From a virus (taxonomy: Duplodnaviria > Caudoviricetes): 64,000 nt of DNA. Of this stretch, positions 9,813 through 19,888 are shown one piece after another. A program made the translations under genes and the position numbers. Location: the IMG/VR virus record IMGVR_UViG_3300033069_000690, positions 26,493-90,492 of that record; one strand, written 5' to 3'. Each line of letters opens with the position of its first letter. Positions within the stretch are counted from its first letter, which is position 1. The notes beneath the pieces were generated by a model. The model was not told where the DNA came from. It searched no databases and saw only the letters and a program-made list of their open reading frames with translations.

Positions 9813-10412
9813 ATGAATAAAAGGACAGTTAAAGAAGATTGTAATAAATCATTTCTTTTTATCTTGCCCTTTTTAGGACTCACTATCCGCAATTCCCCCG
9901 ATCCAATACTGAACTACTGTTCAGGAGTGTATATTGGAGATGCTAGTGATTCAGAGTTACAAAATAAGATCCTCATATTATTTGAGGACATTAGAGATCC
10001 TCTTTCTGATGACATAGAAAACACCTTTACCAAGAATGAATGGTATAGAGGTCAATATGTCCCTAAAGAAGGGTATGTTATGTATATCTTTGAAGTACCA
10101 GATTCATATAAAAAAGATTATGATCACTTTATGAACGGGAGATACTCCCAATTTAGTGAATCATTAAAAAGAGCCATTGTTAAGTACCACTGTAAGAAAC
10201 TAGATGTTAACTCACCTATTTACGGTGTACTATACAAGACCGAACAAAGAAGAGAGTATTTGGAGAAACTACTTTCTTATGACCCACAAGGAAACTTCGT
10301 TTCAAGTGTTACTATATCTCCTAGTGCAGAGTACGCCTCTATTATAAATCTTGACGAAGAAGTCTTTGATAAAAATCAATTAAAAGACATAGATAGTGTT
10401 GAAAAATTATAA
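9813..10412 (+). CDS. Hypothetical protein
   Basis: 199-aa ORF between the exonuclease and the RNR. No catalytic motif recognised. Confidence 0.65.
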   Translation: MNKRTVKEDCNKSFLFILPFLGLTIRNSPDPILNYCSGVYIGDASDSELQNKILILFEDIRDPLSDDIENTFTKNEWYRGQYVPKEGYVMYIFEVPDSYKKDYDHFMNGRYSQFSESLKRAIVKYHCKKLDVNSPIYGVLYKTEQRREYLEKLLSYDPQGNFVSSVTISPSAEYASIINLDEEVFDKNQLKDIDSVEKL

Positions 10413-12264
10413 AGAGAAGGAGATAGGAATAAGTCTTTTATCAGATTTGAATATATTTAACAAGTATGCAAAATACATAGACAGACTAAAGAGACGAGAA
10501 ACATGGGATGAGATTTGTAATAGGTATGAAAATATGATGGTAGAGAAGTATCCTGCTCTATCAGCTGACATCATAACTAATATGAAGCTTGTTCGTGAGA
10601 AAAAAGTATTACCATCAATGAGGGCCTTGCAGTTTGCAGGGCCTGCAATTGATAGGAATCCTAGTCGTATCTATAACTGTGCTTACATGCCCGTAGATTC
10701 GATCTATGCGTTTAGTGAAGCTATGTTTTTGCTACTTGGTGGTACTGGTGTGGGTTATTCTGTACAGAAAGCCCACATCAACGAATTACCTGAAATAACG
10801 CGTCCTACAAAGAAAAGACGTTATCTAGTAGGAGATAGTATAGAAGGATGGGCTGATGCCGTTAAAGCCTTAATGAAGGCTTATTTAGACCATAAAAGCC
10901 TACCTGAATTTGATTTCTCAGATATACGTCCTAAAGGAGCGCGTTTAGTTACAGCTGGTGGTAAAGCACCAGGGCCAGAACCTTTAAAGAAAGCTCTATT
11001 CTTAATTAACTTAATCTTAGAGAAGAAGGAAAATGGTAGTAAGTTAACATCTATTGAATGTCATGATATCATGTGTCATATAGCTGATGCTGTATTAGCA
11101 GGTGGTATACGAAGGGCAGCAATGATCTCATTGTTCTCATTCGATGATAGAGATATGATGACCTGTAAGTCAGGTAATTGGTGGGAATTAAACCCACAGA
11201 GAGGTAGAGCTAATAACTCAGTAGTACTCTCTCGTAATAGGATTACAAAGGAAGACTTTGATGGTGTGTGGAAACTAATGAAGGACAGTAATGCTGGCGA
11301 ACCTGGTATTTACTTTACTAATAACACTGATTGGGGAACCAATCCTTGCTGTGAGATTGGTTTACGTCCTTATCAATTCTGTAACCTTTGTGAGCTCAAT
11401 GTAAGTAATATTGAAAACCAAGAAGATTTGGAAAGACGAGTAGTCGCAGCTACGTTGTTTGGTACTCTTCAAGCTGGTTTCACTAACTTCCATTATCTCC
11501 GTCCTATATGGGAAGCAACTACTAAGAAAGATGCTCTACTAGGTATTGGTATGACAGGAATAGCATCAGGAGCAACTGATGGTTTAAATCTAAGACAAGC
11601 AGCTACTGTAGCTGTGGAAGCTAACAAACACTTTGCTTCAATTATTGGTATTAATCCAGCAGCTCGTGTTACTACTGTTAAACCTAGTGGTACTACTTCT
11701 TGTGTATTAGGAACTAGTAGTGGTATTCATGCATGGCATAATGATTTCTTCATTAGAAGATCTCAGTTATCTGGTAGTGATCCATTGGTAGCATACTTTA
11801 AAAGCATCAATTCTAGTGCTTTAAAGGAGCTTGGATGGTCACCTGGAGACTATGTATTCGAAACTCCTGTTAGAGCCCCACAAGGAGCTATTACGCGTCA
11901 TACAGAGACTGCTACAACATTACTAGAACGTGTTAAACGCTTTAGTGATGAATGGGTACGTCCTGGTCATAGACGTGGAGACAACACCCACAATGTTTCA
12001 TTAACTATTAATGTTAAGGAAGATGAGTGGGATCAAGTAAAAGAATGGTTATGGGACAATAGGAATAACTTTAATGGTGCAGCTATCTTACCACATGATG
12101 GTGGTAGCTACACACAAGCTCCTTTTGAAGACATAACCGAAGATCAATATAATACGTTAGTAGAACAACTATTAACTGAGAATATTGATTTCACCCAAAT
12201 AACAGAAAATGAAGATAGTACTTCTTTCACACAAGAATTAGCTTGTGCGGGAGGTAATTGTTAA
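10396..12264 (+). CDS. nrdJ: Class II (adenosylcobalamin-dependent) ribonucleotide reductase
   Basis: PSMRALQ, YNCAY, GTGVGYS, TNPCCEI, CNLCE, TVKPSGT and C-terminal ACAGGNC redox cysteines. GTG/TTG start. No small-subunit gene follows. Confidence 0.9.
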   Translation: MLKNYKEKEIGISLLSDLNIFNKYAKYIDRLKRRETWDEICNRYENMMVEKYPALSADIITNMKLVREKKVLPSMRALQFAGPAIDRNPSRIYNCAYMPVDSIYAFSEAMFLLLGGTGVGYSVQKAHINELPEITRPTKKRRYLVGDSIEGWADAVKALMKAYLDHKSLPEFDFSDIRPKGARLVTAGGKAPGPEPLKKALFLINLILEKKENGSKLTSIECHDIMCHIADAVLAGGIRRAAMISLFSFDDRDMMTCKSGNWWELNPQRGRANNSVVLSRNRITKEDFDGVWKLMKDSNAGEPGIYFTNNTDWGTNPCCEIGLRPYQFCNLCELNVSNIENQEDLERRVVAATLFGTLQAGFTNFHYLRPIWEATTKKDALLGIGMTGIASGATDGLNLRQAATVAVEANKHFASIIGINPAARVTTVKPSGTTSCVLGTSSGIHAWHNDFFIRRSQLSGSDPLVAYFKSINSSALKELGWSPGDYVFETPVRAPQGAITRHTETATTLLERVKRFSDEWVRPGHRRGDNTHNVSLTINVKEDEWDQVKEWLWDNRNNFNGAAILPHDGGSYTQAPFEDITEDQYNTLVEQLLTENIDFTQITENEDSTSFTQELACAGGNC

Positions 12265-12267
12265 CAC

Positions 12268-12984
12268 ATGTTAGACAAAATATTTAAGGAAGAGGGTCAG
12301 CAAATCGCTGGCCCTATTCTATATGAAAAAATCTTAGAGGAACTCTCAAGAGATAAAATTCTTGAACAACTTAGACAACTTCCTATTATCGAGAAAAGAC
12401 AATCTGATCTACAGCACTTAGTTACATTAGCATTGAAGAAATGGAGGTCTTTAATCGGTGTAAGAATTACAGACTCTTCTGTAGTAGAATTCATAGGAGG
12501 TGGGGATAGTTATACACCTTCTACTAAATCATTATTTAGTCTTAATCATGATTTCTACATAAAACCTAATAGAACTAGGGGTAATGATCCTACTATATAT
12601 GTACATCATATTCAATGCTTAACACCACCTCCTAGTGTAAAAGATAGAGAAATAGGATTTCGTAATGTATTTAGAGCTCCTTTAGATACTGTAAAATTTG
12701 AATTTATACCTATACAGAAGTATTGTAAAAAAGATAATGAGGATCTTTTGGATGACTTCATTATAGATATGTATAATAAGTATCTAGATGAGTTAATTGA
12801 TCCTCCTAAAGATGCTGTGAAAAGATTCTTTCCTGTTATTTACAAGACAGAAGATAAAAAGCAGTTCTTAGAAATGTACAAGCACCACAACACTCAGGGG
12901 ATATTAGATTATCTCGTGAGTAAAAAAACAGCAGATCCCTCTACTGAGGAATTAAGAACGATTATAAATGAGAAAATCTCGTAA
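12268..12984 (+). CDS. Hypothetical protein
   Basis: 238-aa ORF coupled to the RNR gene. Confidence 0.65.
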   Translation: MLDKIFKEEGQQIAGPILYEKILEELSRDKILEQLRQLPIIEKRQSDLQHLVTLALKKWRSLIGVRITDSSVVEFIGGGDSYTPSTKSLFSLNHDFYIKPNRTRGNDPTIYVHHIQCLTPPPSVKDREIGFRNVFRAPLDTVKFEFIPIQKYCKKDNEDLLDDFIIDMYNKYLDELIDPPKDAVKRFFPVIYKTEDKKQFLEMYKHHNTQGILDYLVSKKTADPSTEELRTIINEKIS

Positions 12985-13447
12985 AAATAGAGTTTATGAT
13001 TCTATTATTCATAAATTGTATGCTCTTGAAGCAACTATTCATTACTTTCTTACTAATTATAGTAAGGATAATTTAGTAACTACAGAAGAGTACATTAAGT
13101 ACTATAACAATACCTCTAGCAAAGGAAAGTTAAAAGAGTCCGTTAGAGAGATGTTTAAAAGCAATAAATGCATTTCACGTGTAACTGTTCACCACTCTAT
13201 GATGGGGGCTGTTAACATTGATTTCAATCGCCTAGAAAATATTGATGGGCACGCTAATCCGGATATTCCTGTAGCTAAATGGTTTTTTGATATGACTGTA
13301 CAAAAGCTTATGATAGAACTTGATGCAGAAATGGAGGAAGCTTTCTCTACTCTTGCATTAGCAACTACTGAAAGAAAAGCTAAGTCTATTCTAAAATCAC
13401 TAGAAAAAACTTTATTAGAAAAATACATTTACTTCTATCATGTCTGA
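12968..13447 (+). CDS. Hypothetical protein
   Basis: 159-aa ORF overlapping both neighbours. Confidence 0.6.
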   Translation: MRKSRKNRVYDSIIHKLYALEATIHYFLTNYSKDNLVTTEEYIKYYNNTSSKGKLKESVREMFKSNKCISRVTVHHSMMGAVNIDFNRLENIDGHANPDIPVAKWFFDMTVQKLMIELDAEMEEAFSTLALATTERKAKSILKSLEKTLLEKYIYFYHV

Positions 13448-13718
13448 TAACATCGCGCAACGAACACAAAGTGGTTACTACCACATTGAAGAAGTTCAAA
13501 AAGAAATAGAAGGTTCAGTAATTTTAAAAATTACTTTTGATCCAGAGCTCTTAACTAATTTCGAGAATGATGATAGTGGCCACCCTACTATAGTCGTAAT
13601 TAAAGAGAAGACTCTGGAAAAAGGAGAGAAGTTTGGGCCTTACGTGATCACTGATCTCGTATGGGCTACTGCTATCAATCCTAATGCCGCTTTGATTATT
13701 ACAGCAGAGAGGCGATAA
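13440..13718 (+). CDS. Hypothetical protein, last gene of the + strand block
   Basis: 92-aa ORF followed directly by terminators. Confidence 0.6.
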   Translation: MSDNIAQRTQSGYYHIEEVQKEIEGSVILKITFDPELLTNFENDDSGHPTIVVIKEKTLEKGEKFGPYVITDLVWATAINPNAALIITAERR

Positions 13719-13740
13719 AAAAAGGGAGCCTAAGCTCCCT
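13717..13740 (-). terminator. Terminator for the - strand (virion) transcript
   Basis: AGGGAGC-CTAA-GCTCCCT preceded by an A-run on +, which is a U-tract after the hairpin on -. Confidence 0.75.
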
Positions 13741-13756
13741 GATTGTTTGTGTGAGT

Positions 13757-13788
13757 AACGTGGGGAAGCAATTCCTCACGTTTTTTTT
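13757..13788 (+). terminator. Terminator for the + strand transcript
   Basis: AACGTGGGGAA-GCAA-TTCCTCACGTT followed by a T-run. Same GCAA loop as the terminator at 7119. Confidence 0.85.
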
Positions 13789-13795
13789 AGCCGTT

Positions 13796-16700
13796 TTATC
13801 TGGCTCTTCCAGCATTAGCAGAACTCTTATCCCACCAAGGATCTTGTATGTTCTGCATATAACTGTTACCAGCAAATGGTATATTCTTAATTAAGTTCTT
13901 AGTACCAGGCATATCACCATTACGCATACGCTCACCATTAATGATGCCTTTAAACACTACATCATTAGTACCTTCAACTATCTCAAGTAAGCTAGGAAGG
14001 AGTACAGTAGGTTTATTAAGGAAACGTAATAGCTCAAGCGCGTTACCCTCAGCAGTTAAGTCATTTTTAATGTTAGCTATCCTACGTTTTAATGGGTCAC
14101 GTGGATCGTCATCATCATCTCCATATACGGCTATCATAGCACCTGTAATACCTACCCATAGAGCCCAGCTCAATAGTAAACTAATTACATTTTGCTTCTG
14201 CTCTGGTGATAACTTTTTCCATTCCTTACCACCATTCATTGAGTCTAATTTAATAGCTTCTCCAGCATATAGAGCACGTACCATGAGTTTCATGTGGCGT
14301 ATACCTGGGGCATCACCAATCACTTTACTAGCTAGTAGCATACTACCTTTATCTAATCTGCTCTCCCAACGAAGTAATGGGTTACCATCCTCATCAAGTA
14401 CAGTCTTACCTGTTTCATTATCTAGTACTTCTACAAGCTTACCAAGTGATGCATTCTCAAAGTCTCCTTTCCATCCTTGCCATCCACGTTCCATTACGTT
14501 AGGTAGGTACTTATGGAATTGTAGGAAGATAGATAATAAAGCATTTCCTTCCATCTCTCTCTTACGACTCTTATCATACTCACCCATGATCCTAGAGTTT
14601 GCTTTCTTAATAGAAAAGATCTCTTGAGCTGATAAGCCTTCGATAACATCTCCATTCTCAGTTCTACCTCTAGTACCACCATTCCACTTCAGTTCACCAT
14701 TCTCAAATGAGTAACTATCCCATATAGACAAGCCTGTCTTAATATTCTTTTTCCTCATTAAAGTAGCTATAGTAGTTATAGAATAACCAACATCATCACC
14801 AATACCATAAGTGAGGTAAGCCCACTTAACATCTAATGCTCTGTTACTAGCTACTGCTAAGTTCTCTTTGCTTTTATTATAATTGAACTGACGTTGAGTA
14901 AAGTCATAGATCTGATTAATCTCTTCCCACTTATCTTTCTTTCCTAATACATTCTTATTGTAGAGATGCTGAAAATAAATACCATGGGCTTTAACTAAGT
15001 CACTTACAGTCCAGTCAATATCAGATGGATCTAATCCTACTAAATCTTTAGCTATGGAACCTTTAACAGCTTCCTTAGTAACATACAAGTAGTTAAGTAC
15101 AGCATTACTAGCTGCTCCTAATGTAGACCATGATAGTTTAGCAGCTGTGACTACTCCCATTGCTGCATAGGTTAACTTACCTAATTGTACTTTTTTATTA
15201 CCTACTTTAATTTCCGTACCCATACCAAACCGGTGATCATTATAAATCTCAGCTATGTTATTGTTTACAAAGTTCTTAACCCAAACAGCTGAGTTCTCTT
15301 CAGTTCCTGAGTTACTAGTACCATAAGCTAATACATCATGTAATGCTTGTCCATATACAGCTATATCATCGTAGTGTTGTTTAGCCTTCATATTCTGTAC
15401 AAACATCTTGAAGGTAGCCTCTGCATGTAAGCTATGTCCCTTAGCACCATAACTAAATGGTGATACTAAGTACTTAACAGGTACACCAACAGGTTTTAAT
15501 CCAAACAAGTCTTTGTTCTTAGCTTTAAAGTCTGTATAAGTAAGGTTACTCCAGAACCAGTCTTTAATTTGTCCTGTCTTTTCTCTGAAGCCTTTAAGCT
15601 CAGCAGGTAACTTAGGAATGTAAGGAGTCATATCCTCTTGATATTCTCTTCCCTTTCCTAACTCATCTACCCACTTCTCAACTTCAGGTAATCCTTTAAA
15701 GTAAGCTATTCTTTCCTCATACTTGGCTCTTAACTCATCTTTAGAATAGTATTTTAATAACTCATCTTTACTTAGGTTATCTAACTTCTGCTTGTAGTAC
15801 TCTATACCACGCTTAGTAGATAATGCTGCAAACATAGTATCACGTATACCATCTCTATAGAAAATGTTATATTCTCTCTCATCTGGGCTAAGCTCTTTAA
15901 ATCTTTTATCATACTCAGTCAATATCTTACGTCCTGAGACATTATCTCCCTCCCACATGAATCTAAATACCTCTTCATAATCAATGAGGTTTAAAGCTCC
16001 TCTAGTGAGCTTATCAAGCAACATCTTACCTTGGTTGTTTCCGTAGTAAGCCTTTAATAATTTATTTACCAACTCATCACTTTTCTTATAAAGATCGTGA
16101 CGCTCCTTAGTCATTAAGTTTTTAGCTTCCTCATACATCTTATTGAACATCTTAAGGAGAGGATTCTTTACATTATAACCAACACTAGTTAAACGTTCCA
16201 TGAACCCCATATCAGTACCCATACCAGATAGGTAATCACCAAATTCATTTCCTTCTAACTGTGCTATCTTTAAGATTAAGCTTTCTTCTGTATCCCTAAC
16301 ACGCATATTGTTTTGAACATACTCATCAGTTAATGGGCGTTTACCATCAATACCTGACTTACGCAACTTCTCTAATGCTTTCTTTAATCTAAGTAAGAGT
16401 ATATCTCTAGCTTGGAATACATTCTTAACACCACCTTCTTTCATTACCTCATCTAGATCAGCTGATAAAGAACGGCTTAATGCTACGTACTCTTTATGGT
16501 TGAATAAGTAAGGTTTCTTTTCTAATAGTGCAGGATTGTTCTCTCTGAAGTACTCTTGTAAAGTACCTAAGAACCTATCTCTATCTACACGTAATATCTC
16601 TATATCATACTGTGATGGTTTGATAATACCTATATCTCTAAAACGGATATTAGGATATTTATTCTTTAACATTAAAGCATAGAAAGTTTGCTGTAGTTTA

Positions 16701-19700
16701 TGTCTATCAGCTAATGACCAGTGAATACCAAAGCGTTCACCGAACTTCATGTAAGCCGCCTGCTCATTTTCTTTTAATGAACCAGTCTTGAAGTCATAGA
16801 TGGAATAAGAACCATCCTTATGCTTTATAAGTAAGTCAATAGTACCACCTAATCCTGTTTCAGGGTCTAATACAGTAAACTCTGTGTAGACTGTATCAGT
16901 GCTATTGATTCCTAAGTAATCTCTAATCTCTTCTAGCTTCTTTGAGTTTAACCATTGGAAGGTAAAGGGACTATCATCATATTGGTTATATTCTGCTTTT
17001 AAAGCTGCTAACTCCCCATCAAGTTGAGCATACTTAGGATTAGAAGGATCTGTGAAGTACTTCTCAAATATTTTGTGGATTACCTTACCCTTAATTCTAT
17101 TCTGTTCTGATGTAGATTTAAAATATTCTTTAGCTTGATCAAAATCCATCATAGTATTGTTCAACGAGATTTTGCCTCCATTAACATTCTGATGTTGTAC
17201 TTTAAACTCTCTTTTAGCTAAGTATGCTTCATACCCATCACTCTTATAAGGGTTAAAGATCTTATCAATCAATGGGGTAACCCTCTTTAATAGGTTCATA
17301 GCACCACTAGGACTTCTCATTTGATATGTCTCATCATCAGTAGCAATAGCAGCTTCTTGAGTAACATCTACACCGTTATTCCAGAACCTCAACTCATGCG
17401 AACCAGTCAGATCGCTATCCAAATCAAATAACTGTCTACCATTAAACATCATTGATGCTAACTCAAACATAGTTGTTGTAGGACTAAGACCATCTACCTC
17501 CACTGAAGTATCAATGCCTACTAGCTTTCCTAAGGAAACAAAGAAGCGTTTAATAGCTTTAACTAACATGGTAGGTAATGAGCTAACTAACCCAGCTCCA
17601 TATCTACCAATAGCAGTCACTATGGCTTCATCTAAGACATCCTTTTCACTTAAGTCAGGGTAGAGTGCTTTAACTTCTGTTAATACGTCAGAAGTCTTTA
17701 TTTGCTCTACTAGGTTATTGTAGAGTACCTTGTTCTTCTGCTCAATAACTTTAAGGAAAGCATGTGCAAATTCATGGACAGGAGCTTCAGCTGATAACCT
17801 ATTCTTATTTATCAGTACCTTACCGTTTAAATAAAGACCAGCATTATTTCTATACTGTGATGTACGAGGATCTTCATTGAAGTCTACTACCTCGTAATCA
17901 AGCTTAATAGCTTTAGCTAAAGCATGTAGAATATGGTCCACTAATACTCTACCAATTCTTTTGTTTTGTGTAGAGCGTAACTCTTTAGTATTGTTATTAG
18001 TAGTACTGAAGTTACCATTATTACTAATTGACTTAACCTGATTAGGATCATAAACTACTACTTCTCTATTACGATCAACAATGGCATCAAAGGAATTAGC
18101 TGTACGTTTATAAACCTTACGCATAATATCCTTCCAATTCTCATGTGCCTTATCAGGGTTATTTGTTTTCTCAACAACTAGCGGTTTTTGAATACGTAAG
18201 AAGTATCCTTCTGCTGAAGGAGTACCTGGTTTACCTTCCATGTTAGCTACATCAGTTGTATAAGCAAAGTAATTACCTTTACCATAAGTGTTAGTAGGAG
18301 AGCTTAATTCAGCATTAAACTCCCCAACTACATCACCTTTATGCCAAAAGATCCTAGGCTCCCCATTCTCATCGAGAGCTTCTGGAGATACTTCTTGTTG
18401 TTTTTGTTGTAAAAGAGTATTTAAATCTTTTATCTTCTTATCAAAAAAGGAAGTATCATTACTTGTAAATGTACCAGTTGTAGGATCAAACTCTCCTTTA
18501 TATTTAGAATAAGAATCTAAAGCTTTTTGTTTTTCAGACTTAAAAAAGTTTATTACATTTTGAATATCAACATCTTTTACTACAGACCAGAATTTATTAA
18601 AATCTTTATTATTAATAGTTTCTCTTGTGCCTATTAAAGAATCTGTATTTGCAATTCCTTCATTAGCTAATCTTTTCCAAACTTGATCTATAATGATATT
18701 TGAGTATTCTTTTTGTAAACTATTAAACTCTGAAGCTTCATTAGACTTTTTAAATGCTTTAAAACCTTCTATATCTTGTTTAGAACCTAATTTTATAGCA
18801 TTTTTAGGATTAGTTATTGCTATTACTTCAGACCAAGTTTTATTATCTCTTATTCTTCCAAAGTCTATAGCATCATAATTTCCTTCTATACCAGCAAAAA
18901 TTCCTTCATCTATTCCAGGATGAACGCCTTCTCCTATCTTTTCTCCAGCACTAAATTGTAGAGTTTTTGGTGTTTTTAATCCCCAACTTCCTATAAATTT
19001 ACGTTTAGACATAAACTCCTCAGTTAAAGGCTTCTTAACAAGGAATACTATATCATCTAATTTAGGAATATATCTGTTTTTCTTTTTTAACTCTTTTTGA
19101 AAATATCTTTCTGATGAACTTGTAAATTCACTTATATCTTCTTCTGAATGGTGATAGGCAATATTAGTTACTCCTATACTATCGAGATATTGAGAGTATA
19201 GTTCTTGAGCTTGTTGTTTTTGTTGTGGAGTTAATTGGTTGCTATAATTTAAAACTCTAAAATTATCTCCTTGTTCAGTGTCAATTATTCTTTTAACACT
19301 TCCCTCTTTTTCTAAAGAGTCCCACATTTTTTTTGCAGAATCTGAATTAGCAATAGCTCCTTCGTTCCATTCCTGAACCTCTACATTAAATTTACTTGAA
19401 ATTAGTTTATATAAATCTTTACCATATCCTTTATTAGTAACATTTAATTTAGGGTGCAATATAACAGTTTCATTTCCTCTATATTCAACAACAACAGTTC
19501 CTATATTATCACCACTTTCATTTAAAACTTCATATTGTTTAAAAGATTTTAATCTACTTTGTGGCACATAAGGGTCTTTATATTCAAGTTCTTTTCCTAA
19601 AGTAGTTTTTAATTTATTTTTAAACCCTAAAGCTTCATATACAGCATTAGCTAATTCAGGATTAGAGTCAAACAACTCTTTAACTCCTTCTTTTATATAA

Positions 19701-19888
19701 GAAGAATTATCCCACTCGCCGAACCAAGCTTTAAAGTTATCTGTGTAAACTCTAGCCCAAGCTTTAAGAGCATCATTACTATTACCTAATGTGTTCTTTA
19801 AAGTTTGATAGAGTATAGACTCATTTCCATTAGGAGCATTTACCCTATTAACGTTACCGTGCTTATCGTATTTAATTTGACAACTCAT
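13796..19888 (-). CDS. Large polyvalent virion/ejection protein (GNAT-like, ART-like, zincin, PD-(D/E)xK nuclease)
   Basis: FKAWFGEW; NKGYGKDLY...SAKKMW (GNAT); LDENGEPRIFWH...GKGNYF...EVVVYDPNQVKS (ART-PolyVal-like); VHEFAH; TIDLL...IYDFKTG; hydrophobic helix near the C-terminus. Confidence 0.75.
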   Translation of the reverse strand: MSCQIKYDKHGNVNRVNAPNGNESILYQTLKNTLGNSNDALKAWARVYTDNFKAWFGEWDNSSYIKEGVKELFDSNPELANAVYEALGFKNKLKTTLGKELEYKDPYVPQSRLKSFKQYEVLNESGDNIGTVVVEYRGNETVILHPKLNVTNKGYGKDLYKLISSKFNVEVQEWNEGAIANSDSAKKMWDSLEKEGSVKRIIDTEQGDNFRVLNYSNQLTPQQKQQAQELYSQYLDSIGVTNIAYHHSEEDISEFTSSSERYFQKELKKKNRYIPKLDDIVFLVKKPLTEEFMSKRKFIGSWGLKTPKTLQFSAGEKIGEGVHPGIDEGIFAGIEGNYDAIDFGRIRDNKTWSEVIAITNPKNAIKLGSKQDIEGFKAFKKSNEASEFNSLQKEYSNIIIDQVWKRLANEGIANTDSLIGTRETINNKDFNKFWSVVKDVDIQNVINFFKSEKQKALDSYSKYKGEFDPTTGTFTSNDTSFFDKKIKDLNTLLQQKQQEVSPEALDENGEPRIFWHKGDVVGEFNAELSSPTNTYGKGNYFAYTTDVANMEGKPGTPSAEGYFLRIQKPLVVEKTNNPDKAHENWKDIMRKVYKRTANSFDAIVDRNREVVVYDPNQVKSISNNGNFSTTNNNTKELRSTQNKRIGRVLVDHILHALAKAIKLDYEVVDFNEDPRTSQYRNNAGLYLNGKVLINKNRLSAEAPVHEFAHAFLKVIEQKNKVLYNNLVEQIKTSDVLTEVKALYPDLSEKDVLDEAIVTAIGRYGAGLVSSLPTMLVKAIKRFFVSLGKLVGIDTSVEVDGLSPTTTMFELASMMFNGRQLFDLDSDLTGSHELRFWNNGVDVTQEAAIATDDETYQMRSPSGAMNLLKRVTPLIDKIFNPYKSDGYEAYLAKREFKVQHQNVNGGKISLNNTMMDFDQAKEYFKSTSEQNRIKGKVIHKIFEKYFTDPSNPKYAQLDGELAALKAEYNQYDDSPFTFQWLNSKKLEEIRDYLGINSTDTVYTEFTVLDPETGLGGTIDLLIKHKDGSYSIYDFKTGSLKENEQAAYMKFGERFGIHWSLADRHKLQQTFYALMLKNKYPNIRFRDIGIIKPSQYDIEILRVDRDRFLGTLQEYFRENNPALLEKKPYLFNHKEYVALSRSLSADLDEVMKEGGVKNVFQARDILLLRLKKALEKLRKSGIDGKRPLTDEYVQNNMRVRDTEESLILKIAQLEGNEFGDYLSGMGTDMGFMERLTSVGYNVKNPLLKMFNKMYEEAKNLMTKERHDLYKKSDELVNKLLKAYYGNNQGKMLLDKLTRGALNLIDYEEVFRFMWEGDNVSGRKILTEYDKRFKELSPDEREYNIFYRDGIRDTMFAALSTKRGIEYYKQKLDNLSKDELLKYYSKDELRAKYEERIAYFKGLPEVEKWVDELGKGREYQEDMTPYIPKLPAELKGFREKTGQIKDWFWSNLTYTDFKAKNKDLFGLKPVGVPVKYLVSPFSYGAKGHSLHAEATFKMFVQNMKAKQHYDDIAVYGQALHDVLAYGTSNSGTEENSAVWVKNFVNNNIAEIYNDHRFGMGTEIKVGNKKVQLGKLTYAAMGVVTAAKLSWSTLGAASNAVLNYLYVTKEAVKGSIAKDLVGLDPSDIDWTVSDLVKAHGIYFQHLYNKNVLGKKDKWEEINQIYDFTQRQFNYNKSKENLAVASNRALDVKWAYLTYGIGDDVGYSITTIATLMRKKNIKTGLSIWDSYSFENGELKWNGGTRGRTENGDVIEGLSAQEIFSIKKANSRIMGEYDKSRKREMEGNALLSIFLQFHKYLPNVMERGWQGWKGDFENASLGKLVEVLDNETGKTVLDEDGNPLLRWESRLDKGSMLLASKVIGDAPGIRHMKLMVRALYAGEAIKLDSMNGGKEWKKLSPEQKQNVISLLLSWALWVGITGAMIAVYGDDDDDPRDPLKRRIANIKNDLTAEGNALELLRFLNKPTVLLPSLLEIVEGTNDVVFKGIINGERMRNGDMPGTKNLIKNIPFAGNSYMQNIQDPWWDKSSANAGRAR

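Noticed and set aside
13941-14627. 228-aa + strand ORF
   Set aside because: Antisense shadow of the 2030-aa gene; Ser/Leu-rich with no motifs.
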